38,518 bases of DNA from Tubiluchus corallicola (GCA_030141605.1 JAQGDQ010002397.1:1-38518), one strand, 5' to 3'. Numbered from the stretch's first letter, positions 1-11,609 are shown. Program-made: numbers and translations. Notes: a model not told the origin generated them from the sequence alone.

Positions 1-1656
1 TTTTCACGTGCTGCAGGATGATTGGGAAGTGCTGATACTGAAGGGTATCTACAAAGATAACTTGCGCACGATAAAGGGCAAATTTCCGCATGACGTTAAG
101 GTGCTGAACGAGATATCCAGGAATGCAGCTCATATTGATAGTACCATAGGAACAGACTTGAAGCTGTCCTTCACCGTGGTAGAGGGAAAGGTTGAGCTCA
201 TAAACGCGGAAAGCGCGCACTTTAATCGACAATCCGACGGTAATTTTCATATTCCTCGTCCCATCACCCACTCAGAGATTGAAGAGATATGCGCCCATCA
301 AACGACAGAAAACACTCTCTGGAGCAGAGGTCTTTTTCACTCGCTAACACCCGGCACCATGTCTCCCTTAGCTTCATCCCTTCTTTCGACCATACCGGAT
401 GCTTTTAACGCCCTATTTGATGCGTCGATGATCAAGACCCCATCACCTTATTCCATAAAGATAGCTGCCGGTAAAGCGTTTCTAAACATGAACAATTACA
501 CAAAAATCATGGAGACGCTCGGAGGAGGATGCGGATTTTACAACTTTAACTATGCTCCGTGGCTCCACTTGAAGTCAAAACCTGCCAAATTTCGAGAAAT
601 AAAAACGTATTATATAGATTATAACCTTTCTGATATGTCTTCCGGTTTAGAAGAGTTGAAAGATTCCTACAAAAGCATCGGCCCCCACTCCATAGTAAGG
701 GGGGAAACGTCAGAAAAGATAGTGCAGTTTGGAGCTATCTCCGTAATGGTGCATCTAAACCTTCTACGGCATTTTGCAAAACTGATGAATATGTTTAGGA
801 TGGATCATAATGCGGTAATGGCTCTCGTATACCGGACGAGAAACCGAAGCTTGTTACCGGGGACAGATGCTACAGACTTCCCTACAGCTTCGACTTCAAT
901 TCACCGGAGACGTACATCAATTTTAAAACCGAACATGCAGCAGTCTCTATGACAGAGATCGTCAAAGAATACGGATTTTGGAGCATCTTTTTTAAGAGCA
1001 AAAAGGTAGGACGATGCGTGGAAGAGATACACAAGCTGCTGGACTTACGGGATGAACTTTTTTTAGGAACTGCGGCATTCGCTCTTCATCTGAAGGACAA
1101 TTTTAGGAGTTTGGGCAAAAAGTTTGTAGAGGACGGACTGATACACGACATAGACGAGCTAGCTTACTATGAGGTTTCCGATCTATTTCGGATGTTTAAC
1201 AACACATTCACAACAGGGAACACTACGTACAGGTATCTGAAAAAAAACCAGTATATGAGGCACCTGGCAAGTATTCTGCCATTTGACATATACGGCAAAG
1301 ATTTTCAGAGGATCTACCCTATATCTGACGATTATTACGAAAAATACAGCAAATTGACTAAGATACCGTGCATAGGCTATTTTCCATTCAATGTGGTCGG
1401 CAAATTGTCCCTTTCAACACCCGGAAAGATTCTCAAATCCCAGGACGTCGCAATTTTACAAAATATCAACCCGGCAAATCTGGTCAATATGTCTGATGCC
1501 GCCGCCATAGTCACAGAAGTAGCCCCCATGACTTCCCACATGGCAGAGTTTGCCGCAATAAGCAATAAACCACTCTACACCGGGGTACGATATGCGGATA
1601 TACTATACAAAGAGAAAGGAGCAAAGACAGAAAATGACCACATCCATATACTCTGA
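1..1656 (+). CDS. PEP-utilizer / rifampicin phosphotransferase-like protein, probably 5'-truncated by the window edge, apparent frameshift near 880
   Basis: ORFs 8..952 and 949..1656 join if one C is added at gacttccctacagc (~878-883), giving ...FPYSFDFNSPETYINFKTEHAAVSMTEIVK. C-terminal phospho-His swivel motif AIVTEVAPMTSHMAEFAAISNKP; central LWSRGLFHSLTPGTMSPL motif resembles RPH-like proteins. Confidence 0.6.
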
Positions 1657-1676
1657 GGAGTGATGAAAATTTCTGC

Positions 1677-1704
1677 TTGATTTTTTAAAATTAATTGATA
1701 TTAT
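1677..1704 (+). promoter_or_regulatory. Putative sigma70 promoter of groESL
   Basis: TTGATT (1677-1682), 16-nt spacer, TATTAT (1699-1704), directly upstream of the CIRCE element. Confidence 0.5.
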
Positions 1705-1710
1705 GCATAA

Positions 1711-1737
1711 CTAGCACTCTTGCAATGAGAGTGCTAC
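1711..1737 (+). promoter_or_regulatory. CIRCE element (HrcA operator)
   Basis: CTAGCACTC-ttgcaatga-GAGTGCTAC against consensus TTAGCACTC-N9-GAGTGCTAA, upstream of groES. Confidence 0.93.
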
Positions 1738-1798
1738 AAAATTTACAATTTTGTTTCTTGTTAATCGAGTAAAGTAAATAAAAACTAGGAGGACACAG

Positions 1799-2095
1799 AT
1801 GTCTAAATCGAGAATTCAACCTCTTCAGGATCGCGTACTGGTTAAGCGTTCTGACAGTGAGGAGAAGACTACGTCCGGTATTATCATTCCGGATAGTGCC
1901 AAGGAGAAGCCATCGGAAGGTGAGGTTTTAGAAGTTGGCCATGGCAAGGTCTTGGACAATGGGGCAAAGCTTGAAATGACCGTCAAGGCTGGAGATAAGA
2001 TACTTTTTCCAAGTATGCCGGGACAGAGATAAAGCTTGACGGTGAAAGAGTACCTCATCATGCGTGAAGATGATATTTTGGGAATTGTAAAATAA
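1799..2095 (+). CDS. groES: Co-chaperonin GroES (apparent indels near 2006 and 2046)
   Basis: IQPLQDRVLVKR...TTSGIIIPDSAKEKP...GEVLEVG; the C-terminus SKYAGTEIKLDG..EYLIMREDDILGIVK* is recovered in shifted frames; SD aggagg. Confidence 0.95.
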
Positions 2096-2107
2096 AGGAG
2101 AAATTGA

Positions 2108-3774
<1,667 letters not shown>

Positions 3775-3810
3775 CGCCCGAGCACAATGCTTCATTTCTT
3801 AAAAATTACG

Positions 3811-3845
3811 AAGGAGCCGCAATCTTGTGGCTCCTTTTTCTTTTT
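3811..3845 (+). terminator. Rho-independent terminator after groEL
   Basis: aaggagccgcaa-tc-ttgtggctcctt stem followed by a T-run. Confidence 0.85.
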
Positions 3846-4232
3846 AATAAGCTCGCCACAGCCGAGACACCTCTTTTGCCCCTTGCCACACCATTTCTTA
3901 AACCGCAAAAGATTAACATTGGAAAAAGAGAAGTGCCCTCCTCATATCATTCACAACAGCATAGACTTAAATAAAGAATAAAAATACCGATATGGGAATG
4001 ATCGATCTTGAGTATTTGCGAAAAATGTTGCCGAACGTCAGCTTTCTGAACTTTCTGTATACACATTATGTGTTTATAACAACTCAACCCAAAATGTTTT
4101 GCAAATACCATTGTGGAGTCGTGAAGATGCGTAACGCTGGAGCTCGTCTTAGCTACTATGTTTGACATGCAGCGTGCTATGGTATAGACTGTCTGCTGTG
4201 TATTCTTCTGTCTTATTGAGGTGAAGTATTGT

Positions 4233-5416
4233 ATGTTATCGCGTTTTAACAGGCTAGCGGCATTATCTTTTACTTTGCTACTGTTTGGCTGCGGAGCTGG
4301 TACTCCCAACCTGTCTATTTTTCCCTATGACTATCCCGTCACTCCAAACGATTCCTCTACCGTAGACTACAATAAAGCGTGCAGATCCTTGTACGAAAGC
4401 GAAAGCGTTCGGGCTACCGTAGCAGAATTTACCAACAATACAGGCTACGAAAGCATCGAAGCCATAACAACCCACACAAAAGGTCGGGCTAATGTAAGGG
4501 GGACAACCACCGGGGTAAGCGTCGGTACAGGCGTTACCGTCTATGGAGCAAAGAGCAACCACAATATACACTACGTTGAGAATGAGGAGCAGTATCGGCG
4601 TCAATTCTCATCAAACTTAGGGGCTTTCGTTCAAAGCACTTTGGAGAGCGAGTTGTCGCAATTCGGCAATGTAAACCTATACACAAGGTCGGATATTGAC
4701 AATATCTTTAAGGAGCAACAGTTCCAGATGCTCCTCGCTGATCCGGACACAGTGGTAGAATTTGGGCAAATGACCGGAGTGGACTATATTATCTCAGGCA
4801 GTATAAACAACATCGAGTTTAAGAATATAGTATCAAACTACATACCCATTGGTAATAATGATGATGGTGTTGTTCTGATGTTTAAAGCTTCACTGAATGC
4901 CGCAAGCTACGCAGCTGCTAACTCGAGCGTGACCACGGACATGGTTATTAATGTCCTCAATGTTGAAACCGGCGAAATAGTCTTTAGTGAAAGGAAGGTA
5001 AATTATCACAAAGGTCCAAAGAATCAGGAAGGAACCCCAGAGTTTATAATACTCTTGCGAAGGCATCGATATCTGAATCTATCAGTTCCCTAGATGACGG
5101 TTTTTGGAGGCACTTGCAGACCAAAGGCTACGTGAATGAAATGCGCGGCAATAAGGGCATTGTCCTAGTCAGTCTCGGGAGTAACGATGGAATAAAGGCT
5201 GGGGACACATTCGATATTTACGCAGCCAATGTCAGTACAGACTTTAGAAGCGGCAGGGAGAGTTGCGAAATGATAAAGATCCCGGGCAGGATAATAGCGA
5301 CTGAGCAGATTTCACAAACAACGTCTTGGGGTATCGTAGAAAAAGGGACAAACTCAGATGCTTTACATATCGGAAGCATAGTAACAAAAACAGGGAATAT
5401 AGGTGTTGCAAAATGA
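4233..5416 (+). CDS. Lipoprotein with CsgG/HfaB-like domain and FlgT C-terminal-like beta domain (apparent frameshift near 5040)
   Basis: Lipobox LLLFGC; TVAEFTN, LYTRSDIDNIFKEQQFQ, GQMTGVDYIISGSI and VLNVETGEIVFS match CsgG/TolB-N-type folds. The downstream frame continues YNTLAKASISESI...VSLGSNDGIKAGDTFDIY, a FlgT_C-like motif. ATG 4233 follows SD gaggtg. Confidence 0.7.
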
Positions 5417-6492
5417 ATATAGTTAAAATAATTTTCACAATATCAATCGTTATGTGCGTCATGACATTTTCATCATTTGCCGATGACAGAATCGTGGAAG
5501 TGACAGCCTACGGGGATGCCTCAATTGTGGACAATGAAATATCGAGCGCAAAACTTCTCGCCATATCCAGAGCAAAATGGGCTGCATTGGAAGAAGCCGC
5601 TGGAATAACGGTAAAGTCTGAAGTGTTGATAAATAATGCCAATCTTCTCGACAATAACATCATAAGCGAGAGTAGTGGCGTCATTGAGAGTTACATCATT
5701 TTAGAAGAAGGGATCAAAAATGATACTCTCTATCAGGTAAAAATAAGGGCGAGCATCTCACCGGAAAAAGCGGAAAAAGCAAAGGAGGAGATGTCACAAA
5801 ACACATCTGTTGCAGTATACATACTTCTGCATCTTCCGAGCGGTGAAATTATTTCAGACAACTCTCTCTCGGGCAGCATATCTGAGGGGTTATCTTCTGC
5901 CGGCTTCAATGTAGTTAATATTACACCATCCACAATAAATCCGGGTGAGAAGGAACTGGTGGCGCTGTCCAGCGACAACCTGTCCAATTATGTTCTATAC
6001 GGCAATATCAAAACGGTACCCTTGGGAAATAACACGGGATACGGACAGTCCCCCTTTGAAACGGTCAGTGCAGAGCTATCCTACAAACTACTGGAGGATA
6101 AAGGAGTCGATGCTAAAATTCTCTTAAGCGGCTACAATGTGGTCAAAGGCTACGGCACCACCCCGAATCATGCGGGTATAAGTGCAGCGGGCAAGATGGC
6201 AAAAAATCTACAAAATGAGATAGTGGGCAAAGTATCCAGTACTATCTTAGGTTTGGACATGAAAACGGTAAAGGTAGTATTAAAAGATAACAGGTACGTA
6301 GACGATCTCTTGGAATTCAAGAATGCAGTCAACAGGGTGGCATGGGTTCAGAAGGTCGAAACCGACGGACTGGAGACACTGCTTGTGGACTATCCTGAAA
6401 AAACTATGTACCTATCTGCCTACATAGATGCCATGAAAGAGTATTCCGTGGTAAAGTTTGATGAATACAGCATTACGGTTAAGGCAAGATAG
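5413..6492 (+). CDS. Exported protein with FlgT N-terminal-like domain
   Basis: Signal peptide MNIVKIIFTISIVMCVMTFSSFA; VEVTAYGDASI...AKLLAISRAKWAALEEAAGITVKSE...GVIESYII...YQVKIRASI is FlgT_N/LPP20-like. ATGA overlap with the upstream stop. Confidence 0.65.
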   Translation: MNIVKIIFTISIVMCVMTFSSFADDRIVEVTAYGDASIVDNEISSAKLLAISRAKWAALEEAAGITVKSEVLINNANLLDNNIISESSGVIESYIILEEGIKNDTLYQVKIRASISPEKAEKAKEEMSQNTSVAVYILLHLPSGEIISDNSLSGSISEGLSSAGFNVVNITPSTINPGEKELVALSSDNLSNYVLYGNIKTVPLGNNTGYGQSPFETVSAELSYKLLEDKGVDAKILLSGYNVVKGYGTTPNHAGISAAGKMAKNLQNEIVGKVSSTILGLDMKTVKVVLKDNRYVDDLLEFKNAVNRVAWVQKVETDGLETLLVDYPEKTMYLSAYIDAMKEYSVVKFDEYSITVKAR

Positions 6493-6528
6493 TGGCATAT
6501 TTTTTAAGCAGATTTATAGAGGTGCTTT

Positions 6529-7203
6529 ATGAATATTAAACCTGTTGTTGCCGTTCTGGTCGTTCTCTTTTTGCACATAGGGCTCATATCTTGCGGCAAC
6601 AAGAGCGGAGTAATAGACGAAGTTACAAGGATGAAGGATGATGACGCAGCCAGACAAATTGCCGCTGCAGAAGATGCGTTCAAAGAATTAGACGCATCTA
6701 TGGATGGGGGGCATAATCCAAACATTGTGGAGGAAACACCTAAGGAAATACCCAAAGTTTGGGAAGGTATTGAAGAAGAGCTCGACTCTGTAAACATCGA
6801 AACGGGTATAGGTAATGCGAGCGATATAAGTTCTGGCTCTGTTCAGACAAAATATCCGATAACAGATGGTTACCCCGTCTGGGTATACAATCCCAATTAT
6901 GACAATTTTGTAGGGGGGGTTGGAAACGCTCCAAAGTCAATCGGAACATACAGCAGGCAAAAATCTGTAGCCACAAAGATTGCTCAGGCAGAGATATCGC
7001 GCACAATAGAGGTTCTTGTTCAGAGTGAGCTCAACACAGAGAAGACAACCGTGGAAACCCAAGCCATAAGCGAGTATATAGAGAAATACGACCTATTCAG
7101 CAGGCAGAGCAGCGAAGCATACCTCAATGACACCTATGTGCGGGATGAATGGACGGATGAGCGAAACGGAGACCTGTATGTGTGGGTGGTACTGGCAAAG
7201 TAA
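6529..7203 (+). CDS. LPP20-family-like lipoprotein
   Basis: Lipobox GLISC; PVWV...GGVGNA...ATKIAQAEISRTIEVLVQSE...WTDERNGDLYVWV matches LPP20-type proteins. Confidence 0.65.
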   Translation: MNIKPVVAVLVVLFLHIGLISCGNKSGVIDEVTRMKDDDAARQIAAAEDAFKELDASMDGGHNPNIVEETPKEIPKVWEGIEEELDSVNIETGIGNASDISSGSVQTKYPITDGYPVWVYNPNYDNFVGGVGNAPKSIGTYSRQKSVATKIAQAEISRTIEVLVQSELNTEKTTVETQAISEYIEKYDLFSRQSSEAYLNDTYVRDEWTDERNGDLYVWVVLAK

Positions 7204-7218
7204 AGCACCCCACAAAAC

Positions 7219-7289
7219 ACAGACTGACAACAGACAAGCGACAGACGCAAAGGGCGTACAGACCACAGAACGCTAACGACGGACGCAAA
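7219..7289 (+). repeat. Short ACAGAC-type repeats
   Basis: acagac at 7219, 7230, 7241 and 7258, acggac at 7279; cgacagacgcaaa and cgacggacgcaaa differ by one base. Confidence 0.55.
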
Positions 7290-7313
7290 TTCAACAAACC
7301 GAGTCCACTTGAC

Positions 7314-7399
7314 AAAACACCCCGTGTGTTGTGCAAAAGCGGATTACCGGAATTTCTACGCTTTTACAATATAAAAACACCCCGTGTGTTGTACAAAAG
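7314..7399. repeat. 26-bp direct repeat pair, 60-bp period, with internal palindrome
   Basis: AAAACACCCCGTGTGTTGT(G/A)CAAAAG at 7314-7339 and 7374-7399, one mismatch, 34-bp spacer; AACAC/GTGTT stem inside each copy. Confidence 0.85.
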
Positions 7400-7439
7400 G
7401 GTACGGCGAAATCCCAAGCACTTCTTCAAAATTTAAGGA

Positions 7440-8069
7440 TCAGCCGCTCACCATAAACCTTATGAAGTAGTCTCCGCCTGTGCCAAAATAGTTATCCTGG
7501 CAATCGTTCACGGACAATACATCCTGTCTGGTAGTGCTGTAATCCCCTCTGACCCTTCCGCTGTCCGGCTCTCTATCATCTGTGGCAACCTCGAGGATGC
7601 ACGCCATGATCTCAGCTCCGTATGATGTGGCCAGGTGCGAGATATCGCTGTCAAGGGTTGCAGGATCATCAGGATATAACCTCACGCAAACGCCAGAAGA
7701 GGTCGGAGAATCCTGAAATGTTGTATAACTGTCGTAACAGTGGGCGTACACATAATACTTGGCGCTGCCAGCACCGCCTCTGACATCAATCAGGAAATCA
7801 TCCTTTTCAAAAAAACCCGTAGCAAGAGCATCATCGTATAGATCCGCATTGCTATTGATCTTCCCGTCATTGTCTATATCGCCCATCACTCTTCCGTACT
7901 TTGTATAATACGCATTGAAAACCACGTAATGTTTTTCGATCTTAGAGATCTCCTTTTTCAACTGCGCATAATATAGCACATCTCTTCCCTTAAGGAAAAG
8001 CAAGAGCAACACCCCAATTACAATCAATACAACCATCATTTCAAGTATACTAAAGCCTTTGATTTTCAT
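7440..8069 (-). CDS. Type IV pilin / pseudopilin-like protein with prepilin N-methylation motif
   Basis: MKIKG|FSILEMMVVLIVIGVLLLLF (class III signal, G|F, E5); four Cys in the globular part. Likely start is ATG 8069 (ggag upstream), not 8201. Confidence 0.85.
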   Translation of the reverse strand: MKIKGFSILEMMVVLIVIGVLLLLFLKGRDVLYYAQLKKEISKIEKHYVVFNAYYTKYGRVMGDIDNDGKINSNADLYDDALATGFFEKDDFLIDVRGGAGSAKYYVYAHCYDSYTTFQDSPTSSGVCVRLYPDDPATLDSDISHLATSYGAEIMACILEVATDDREPDSGRVRGDYSTTRQDVLSVNDCQDNYFGTGGDYFIRFMVSG

Positions 8070-8248
8070 AATACCGATGTCTCCATCATAAATAAAATCG
8101 ACACTCCCCCCAACAAGCCCTCGCAAAAACTGCTCGGGAAGCATTTTATTATTATTTTTATTGTTAAACAATACTTTTTTTTGTATACTGTCACGTGTCA
8201 ATTATTTGTACAAAATAGATTCGCAAAATATGAAGGGAGGTTCTAAAA

Positions 8249-8929
8249 ATGTCAATTAATCAGACTTGCCTACAGTATGTGAAAACCCCATCAAAGCTGG
8301 ATGGATATTTGGATTTTTTCCAAATGGCATCCGGTGTAGTGTTAGTGCTTTTTATGTGGGCTCATATGTTGTTTGTATCCAGCATCCTTATACACAGAAA
8401 ATTATTTGACGCTTTGGCATGGCTTTTTGAAGTTACGTATATGGCGCAATTGGGAGCGGTAATTATAGGTTTTATAATCATATCCCATTTTGTCCTTGCT
8501 GCTCGCAAGATGCCATTCAAATCGACGGAACACCGTACATACATTAATCACGCAAAGCTAATTTCCCATAAAGAGACTTGGATGTGGTTGATACAGGTCA
8601 TAAGTGCAATGATCATTCTCGTCATGGGTCTTGCTCACATTTGGGTTGTTATGTCCACTCCAGCTGCTGCTGATACTCACCAGATCATCACATCAAATGC
8701 TAGTGCATATCGTGTTCAAAACGGTTGGTTTTTGTACTACATTGTACTTCTTCTCATGGTAGAGCTTCACGTCAGTATCGGCTTTTTCCGCATCGGAGTT
8801 AAGTGGGGTTTCATAAAGAGGGATTGTCGTAAATTTTGGCAAAGAGTAGAGGTTTGGATGTTCTCAGGTTTTGTTGTCCTGGGTGTATTGTCTCTTCTAA
8901 AGCTTTATTTTCTTAAAATTTTAGTATAA
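8249..8929 (+). CDS. frdC: Fumarate reductase dihaem cytochrome b subunit
   Basis: Five hydrophobic segments; FMWAHM, SHFVLAARKMP, LAHIW and VELHVSIG motifs match Wolinella-type FrdC. Confidence 0.92.
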   Translation: MSINQTCLQYVKTPSKLDGYLDFFQMASGVVLVLFMWAHMLFVSSILIHRKLFDALAWLFEVTYMAQLGAVIIGFIIISHFVLAARKMPFKSTEHRTYINHAKLISHKETWMWLIQVISAMIILVMGLAHIWVVMSTPAAADTHQIITSNASAYRVQNGWFLYYIVLLLMVELHVSIGFFRIGVKWGFIKRDCRKFWQRVEVWMFSGFVVLGVLSLLKLYFLKILV

Positions 8930-8957
8930 CCGTGCTTAAATCGAGAGGTAGTTTATA

Positions 8958-10815
8958 ATGCGTACTATATATACAGATTTGTTATGTGTCGGTGCAGGGC
9001 TTGCCGGAGAGCGTACTGCCATAGAGGTGGCAGAAGCGGGTTTTTCCGTAATAGCCTTGAGCTTAGTGCCTGCTCGCAGGTCTCACTCATCTGCCGCTCA
9101 AGGGGGGATGCAAGCAGCTCTTGGCAACTCCATCATGGGAGATGGAGATTCGCCTGATGTGCACTTTGAAGACACTGTAAAAGGTTCCGACTGGGGCGCC
9201 GACCAGGAAGTCGCCAGAATGTTTGCTGAAACTGCTCCTATTGAAATGAGGCGTTTGGCTCATTGGGGAGTTCCTTGGAACAGAGTGGTCTCTGGAAAAC
9301 AGACCTACTACAAAGGTGGCAAACCTTTTGAGGCTGTTGAAAAGCTTGAAAATCACGGACTTATTCACTCAAGGGCATTTGGTGGTACCGCCAAATGGAG
9401 GACGTGCTACGCCGCTGATGGTTCAGGGCATTCGGTGCTTTACACCGTGGACAATAAAGCTGCTGAGGTGGGTGTCGAAATTCACCACAAGAAGGAAGCT
9501 ATACGTCTGATTCATGACGGCGACAAGTGTTATGGCGTCATAGTTAGATGCTTAATCACAGGGGAATTGATGGCTTATGTTGCCAAATCGACCCTTATTG
9601 CAAGCGGTAGTTTCGGCAGGATGTACAGAAACTCTACCAACGCAATCATCAACGATGGTGGTGGTCACATCATCGCTCTTGATACCGGCATTGTTCCTTT
9701 AGGACATATGGAAGCAGTACAGTTTCACCCCACAGGCATTGTACCCACAGATATACTCGTGACAGAAGGTTGTCGCGGCGATGGGGGCACTCTGCTTGAT
9801 GTGGATCATCACAGGTTTGTGCCGGATTATGAGCCAGAGAAGGCGGAACTTGCATCGAGAGACGTGGTCTCCCGCATAATGACACAACACATGCGCAAAG
9901 GAAAGGGCATACAGTCCCCCTATGGTGAGCATCTGTGGCTGGATATACGTCATCTTGGAGAGACATATCAGGAATAAGTTGAGGGAAGTTGATGAGATAT
10001 GCCATGCATTTTTGGGCATTGATCCTCTGCATGACCTCATACCTGTTCGTCCTACCCAACACTACAGCATGGGAGGCATCAGGACTAACAAGGATGGAGC
10101 CGCTTACGGTCTAAAAGGTCTGTATTCTGCAGGTGAAGCAGCTTGTTGGGATATGCACGGATTTAACCGCCTCGGTGGCAACTCTCTAGCAGAGACCGTT
10201 GTTGCCGGAGGGATAGTTGGTAAAAAGATTGTTGAGTTTCTAAAAGGCAACGAAACATCTATTCCGACAGCATCCATAAAGGAACATATGGATTACTCAA
10301 AGAAGACCATAGATGACATAATATCAAGGTCAAGGGACGGCTCTGGAAAGAACGTTTATCAAATTCGGGAAATGATGTACGACGTTCTTCAGAAAGCTGC
10401 CTTTATATATCGTAACGGCAAAGACCTTGAGGAAGCTGTGGAGAAACTCAAAGAGATCCATAAGTTGGCTGCAAAAGCCACGATTAAGTCAAATGGCATC
10501 GGTCCTAGCTCCGAGCTAGAGCTTGCCATCAAACTTCCGGGAATGGTAAGGCTTGCCCAGTGTATATGCTATGGCGCCCTTAAGAGAACGGAAAGTCGTG
10601 GTTCCCATTATAGGGAGGATTACCCTGAAAGAAACGACAAAGATTGGCTGAAAAGGACTCTTGCCACTTGGAAAGAGGGTGATGAGGTGCCAACTCTCAC
10701 ATATGAAGAACCATCCCCATATTATGAATTGCCCCCGGGGGATCGCGGCTACGGAGACGGGAAGATAATACCTGCTGATCCCAGCAAACTTCCCTCTAAA
10801 CCCAAAAATAAATAG
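8958..10815 (+). CDS. frdA: Fumarate reductase flavoprotein subunit (apparent indel near 9962)
   Basis: [16 protein letters not shown] (covalent FAD His), [47 protein letters not shown]. ORFs join at the gagaga repeat. Confidence 0.95.
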
Positions 10816-10833
10816 TTGTGAGGAGTTAAAGTA

Positions 10834-11601
10834 ATGGGAAGGACACTTACTGTAAATATATTTAGGTACAATCCGGCAGATCCTGCATCTGTTCCACGTA
10901 TGGACACCTTTTCTGTGGAAGAAACGGATAGCATGACGTTATTTTTGCTGTTGAACCAATTGAGGGAGGAGCAAGACTCATCTCTTATCTTCGATTTCTG
11001 TTGTCGTGCAGGCATTTGCGGCGCGTGCGCCATGGTGATTAATGGGAGACCGGAGCTTGCATGTCACACAAAGACAAAAGATCTACCGTCAAAGATCACT
11101 CTCCTGCCGCTTCCGACATTCAAGCTTATAGGCGATTTGGCGGTTGACACCGGCACATGGTTCAGGGAAATGTATCAAAAGACGGAGAGCTGGATACATA
11201 CAAACAAAGAGTTTGATGAAAACGCAGAAGAGGAGCGCATGGAGAACCACGTAGCTTCAGAGATATACGAGCTGGATCGCTGTATTGAGTGCGGCTGTTG
11301 CGTAGCGGCATGCGGTACTGCCCGTATGAGACCTGAGTTTATGGGCCCTGCAGGGCTTTTGCGCGTTGCAAGATTTTATGCAGACCCTAGAGACCAGAGG
11401 GATGAAGCTATGTTGTACGACATTATCGGAAGTGATGAAGGGAGTTTCGGCTGTATGGGGCTTCTGGCTTGCGAGGATGTTTGTCCAAAAGAGTTGCCGC
11501 TGCAAGATCAGCTCGGCTATTTAAGAAGGAAGATGGGCATCACCGCCGTCAAACACCTTGCTCCGAAGTTCTTAAAAGGGAAGAAGAGCAAATCTAAGTA
11601 A
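10834..11601 (+). CDS. frdB: Fumarate reductase iron-sulfur subunit
   Basis: CRAGICGAC...LAC (2Fe-2S), CIECGCCVAAC and CMGLLACEDVCP cluster motifs. Confidence 0.96.
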   Translation: MGRTLTVNIFRYNPADPASVPRMDTFSVEETDSMTLFLLLNQLREEQDSSLIFDFCCRAGICGACAMVINGRPELACHTKTKDLPSKITLLPLPTFKLIGDLAVDTGTWFREMYQKTESWIHTNKEFDENAEEERMENHVASEIYELDRCIECGCCVAACGTARMRPEFMGPAGLLRVARFYADPRDQRDEAMLYDIIGSDEGSFGCMGLLACEDVCPKELPLQDQLGYLRRKMGITAVKHLAPKFLKGKKSKSK

Positions 11602-11609
11602 ACTTTAAG

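Noticed and set aside
3787-4309. Short ORFs 3787..3981 and 3947..4309 between groEL and the lipoprotein operon
   Set aside because: They overlap the terminator or the next gene in antisense, with no SD or recognisable motif.
7235-7300. c-di-GMP-I riboswitch suggested by GACGCAAA
   Set aside because: The GGCAAAC...GAAA P2 and the P3 stem are absent, and the site is downstream of two convergent genes.
7314-7399. Bona fide CRISPR array call
   Set aside because: Only two repeats, no third copy at plus or minus 60 bp, no recognisable leader and no cas gene; kept as a repeat and a finding.
8070-8201. 44-aa N-terminal extension of the pilin ORF
   Set aside because: AT-rich divergent promoter region; the class III signal begins at ATG 8069.
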